Assembly (NCBI GenBank): GCA_050613775.1
Contig: JBODTK010000010.1
Span: forward strand, 62,001-126,000
Origin: Neocallimastix sp. 'constans'
Taxonomy: Eukaryota
DNA length: 64,000 nt
Reading direction: 5' to 3'
Shown here: piece by piece, positions 63,309 to 64,000 of the stretch
How positions within the stretch are numbered: position 1 is the first letter of the stretch
How the letters are laid out: the number at the start of each line of letters is the position of its first letter
Translations under genes and position numbers: made by a program
Notes under the pieces: model-generated
Database searches by the model: none
The model's input: only the letters and a program-made list of their open reading frames with translations
Told to the model about the DNA's origin: nothing

Positions 63309-63678
63309 TGATATAAAATGAAATATTCAAACCTTAATTAATATAAAATAGTTTTTATTATTCAACATAAATTGATGTCATAAATCAAATTTAAATCTAA
63401 TGATTTTATATTTTCAATGTATCTTGATTTCGCATAAATCAATGTTTTAATTATATTCTTATTATTTTATATTTATGTTTATATAGTTATTAAATATTTC
63501 CTTAAGTATTAATTATTAATATTTATATTCATTTAATAGTTTATTTTAATCACAAGAACAATTAATTAAATCGTTAATTATAACTAAATAGCATAAAAAT
63601 AAAACATTTCTCGGAATTAAGAGTAATGTAGTGTAAGTTAGTGTAAGAAAGTTGTTAGATAGTTTTAAATATATGTAA

Positions 63679-63762
<84 letters not shown>

Positions 63763-63823
63763 ACTTTAATAAGCTTAATAAATAAATCCTAACAAAAGTA
63801 CATTGAACTTTTGTTGTATATCA
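63309..63823. mobile_element. Second solo-LTR-like copy, inverted relative to 60884-61654
   Basis: Begins tgatataaaatgaaatattcaaacc (reverse complement of the end of copy 1) and ends aacaaaagtacattgaacttttgttgtatatca (reverse complement of the start of copy 1). The flanks CAAA/CTAA fit a 4-bp TSD with one mismatch. Confidence 0.8.
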
Positions 63824-64000
63824 CTAATTTAAAACTGGTCGATCTTAATTGTTTTTTAATTTATCTTTCATATATTAATTATTAAAAAGTAAAATATATT
63901 AATTATTAATTTATCAATCATATATAAATTATAAAAAAGTGGAATATATTTAATATATATTGATTGGTTGAATATATTATTAAAAATTATAAATAATCAA

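Overview
Extremely AT-rich eukaryotic DNA full of homopolymers and microsatellites, with GT-AG spliceosomal introns. The gene content (CBM18 arrays, CotH, GH10-CBM1, ankyrin relics) is typical of an anaerobic gut fungus (Neocallimastigomycota); this taxonomic call is an inference. Seven intact or near-intact genes can be reconstructed by hand: (1) a 5'-truncated CAP/PR-1 protein with 6 CBM18 domains, which the ORF track gives in the wrong frame; (2) a 2-exon 7-TM receptor-like protein; (3) a 4-exon secreted tandem CotH-CotH protein whose second module looks like a pseudokinase; (4) a 2-exon lumazine-synthase-fold protein lacking the catalytic motifs; (5) a GH10 xylanase with a ~30x KTKT(I/L)P linker and CBM1; (6) a 9-exon secreted LRR + 7xCBM18 protein; and (7) a divergently transcribed subtilase + 2xCBM18. 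The intergenic DNA holds decayed paralogues of the 7-TM and GH10 genes, an ankyrin pseudogene, a MITE-like element, two solo-LTR-like TG...CA elements (one with its empty site and 4-bp TSD visible, carrying a nested structured poly(A) retro-insert), and many local duplications. The best candidates for something new are the LRR-CBM18/subtilase-CBM18 pair as a chitin-tethered surface sensing or defence module, the pseudo-lumazine synthase, and the CotH kinase-pseudokinase tandem.
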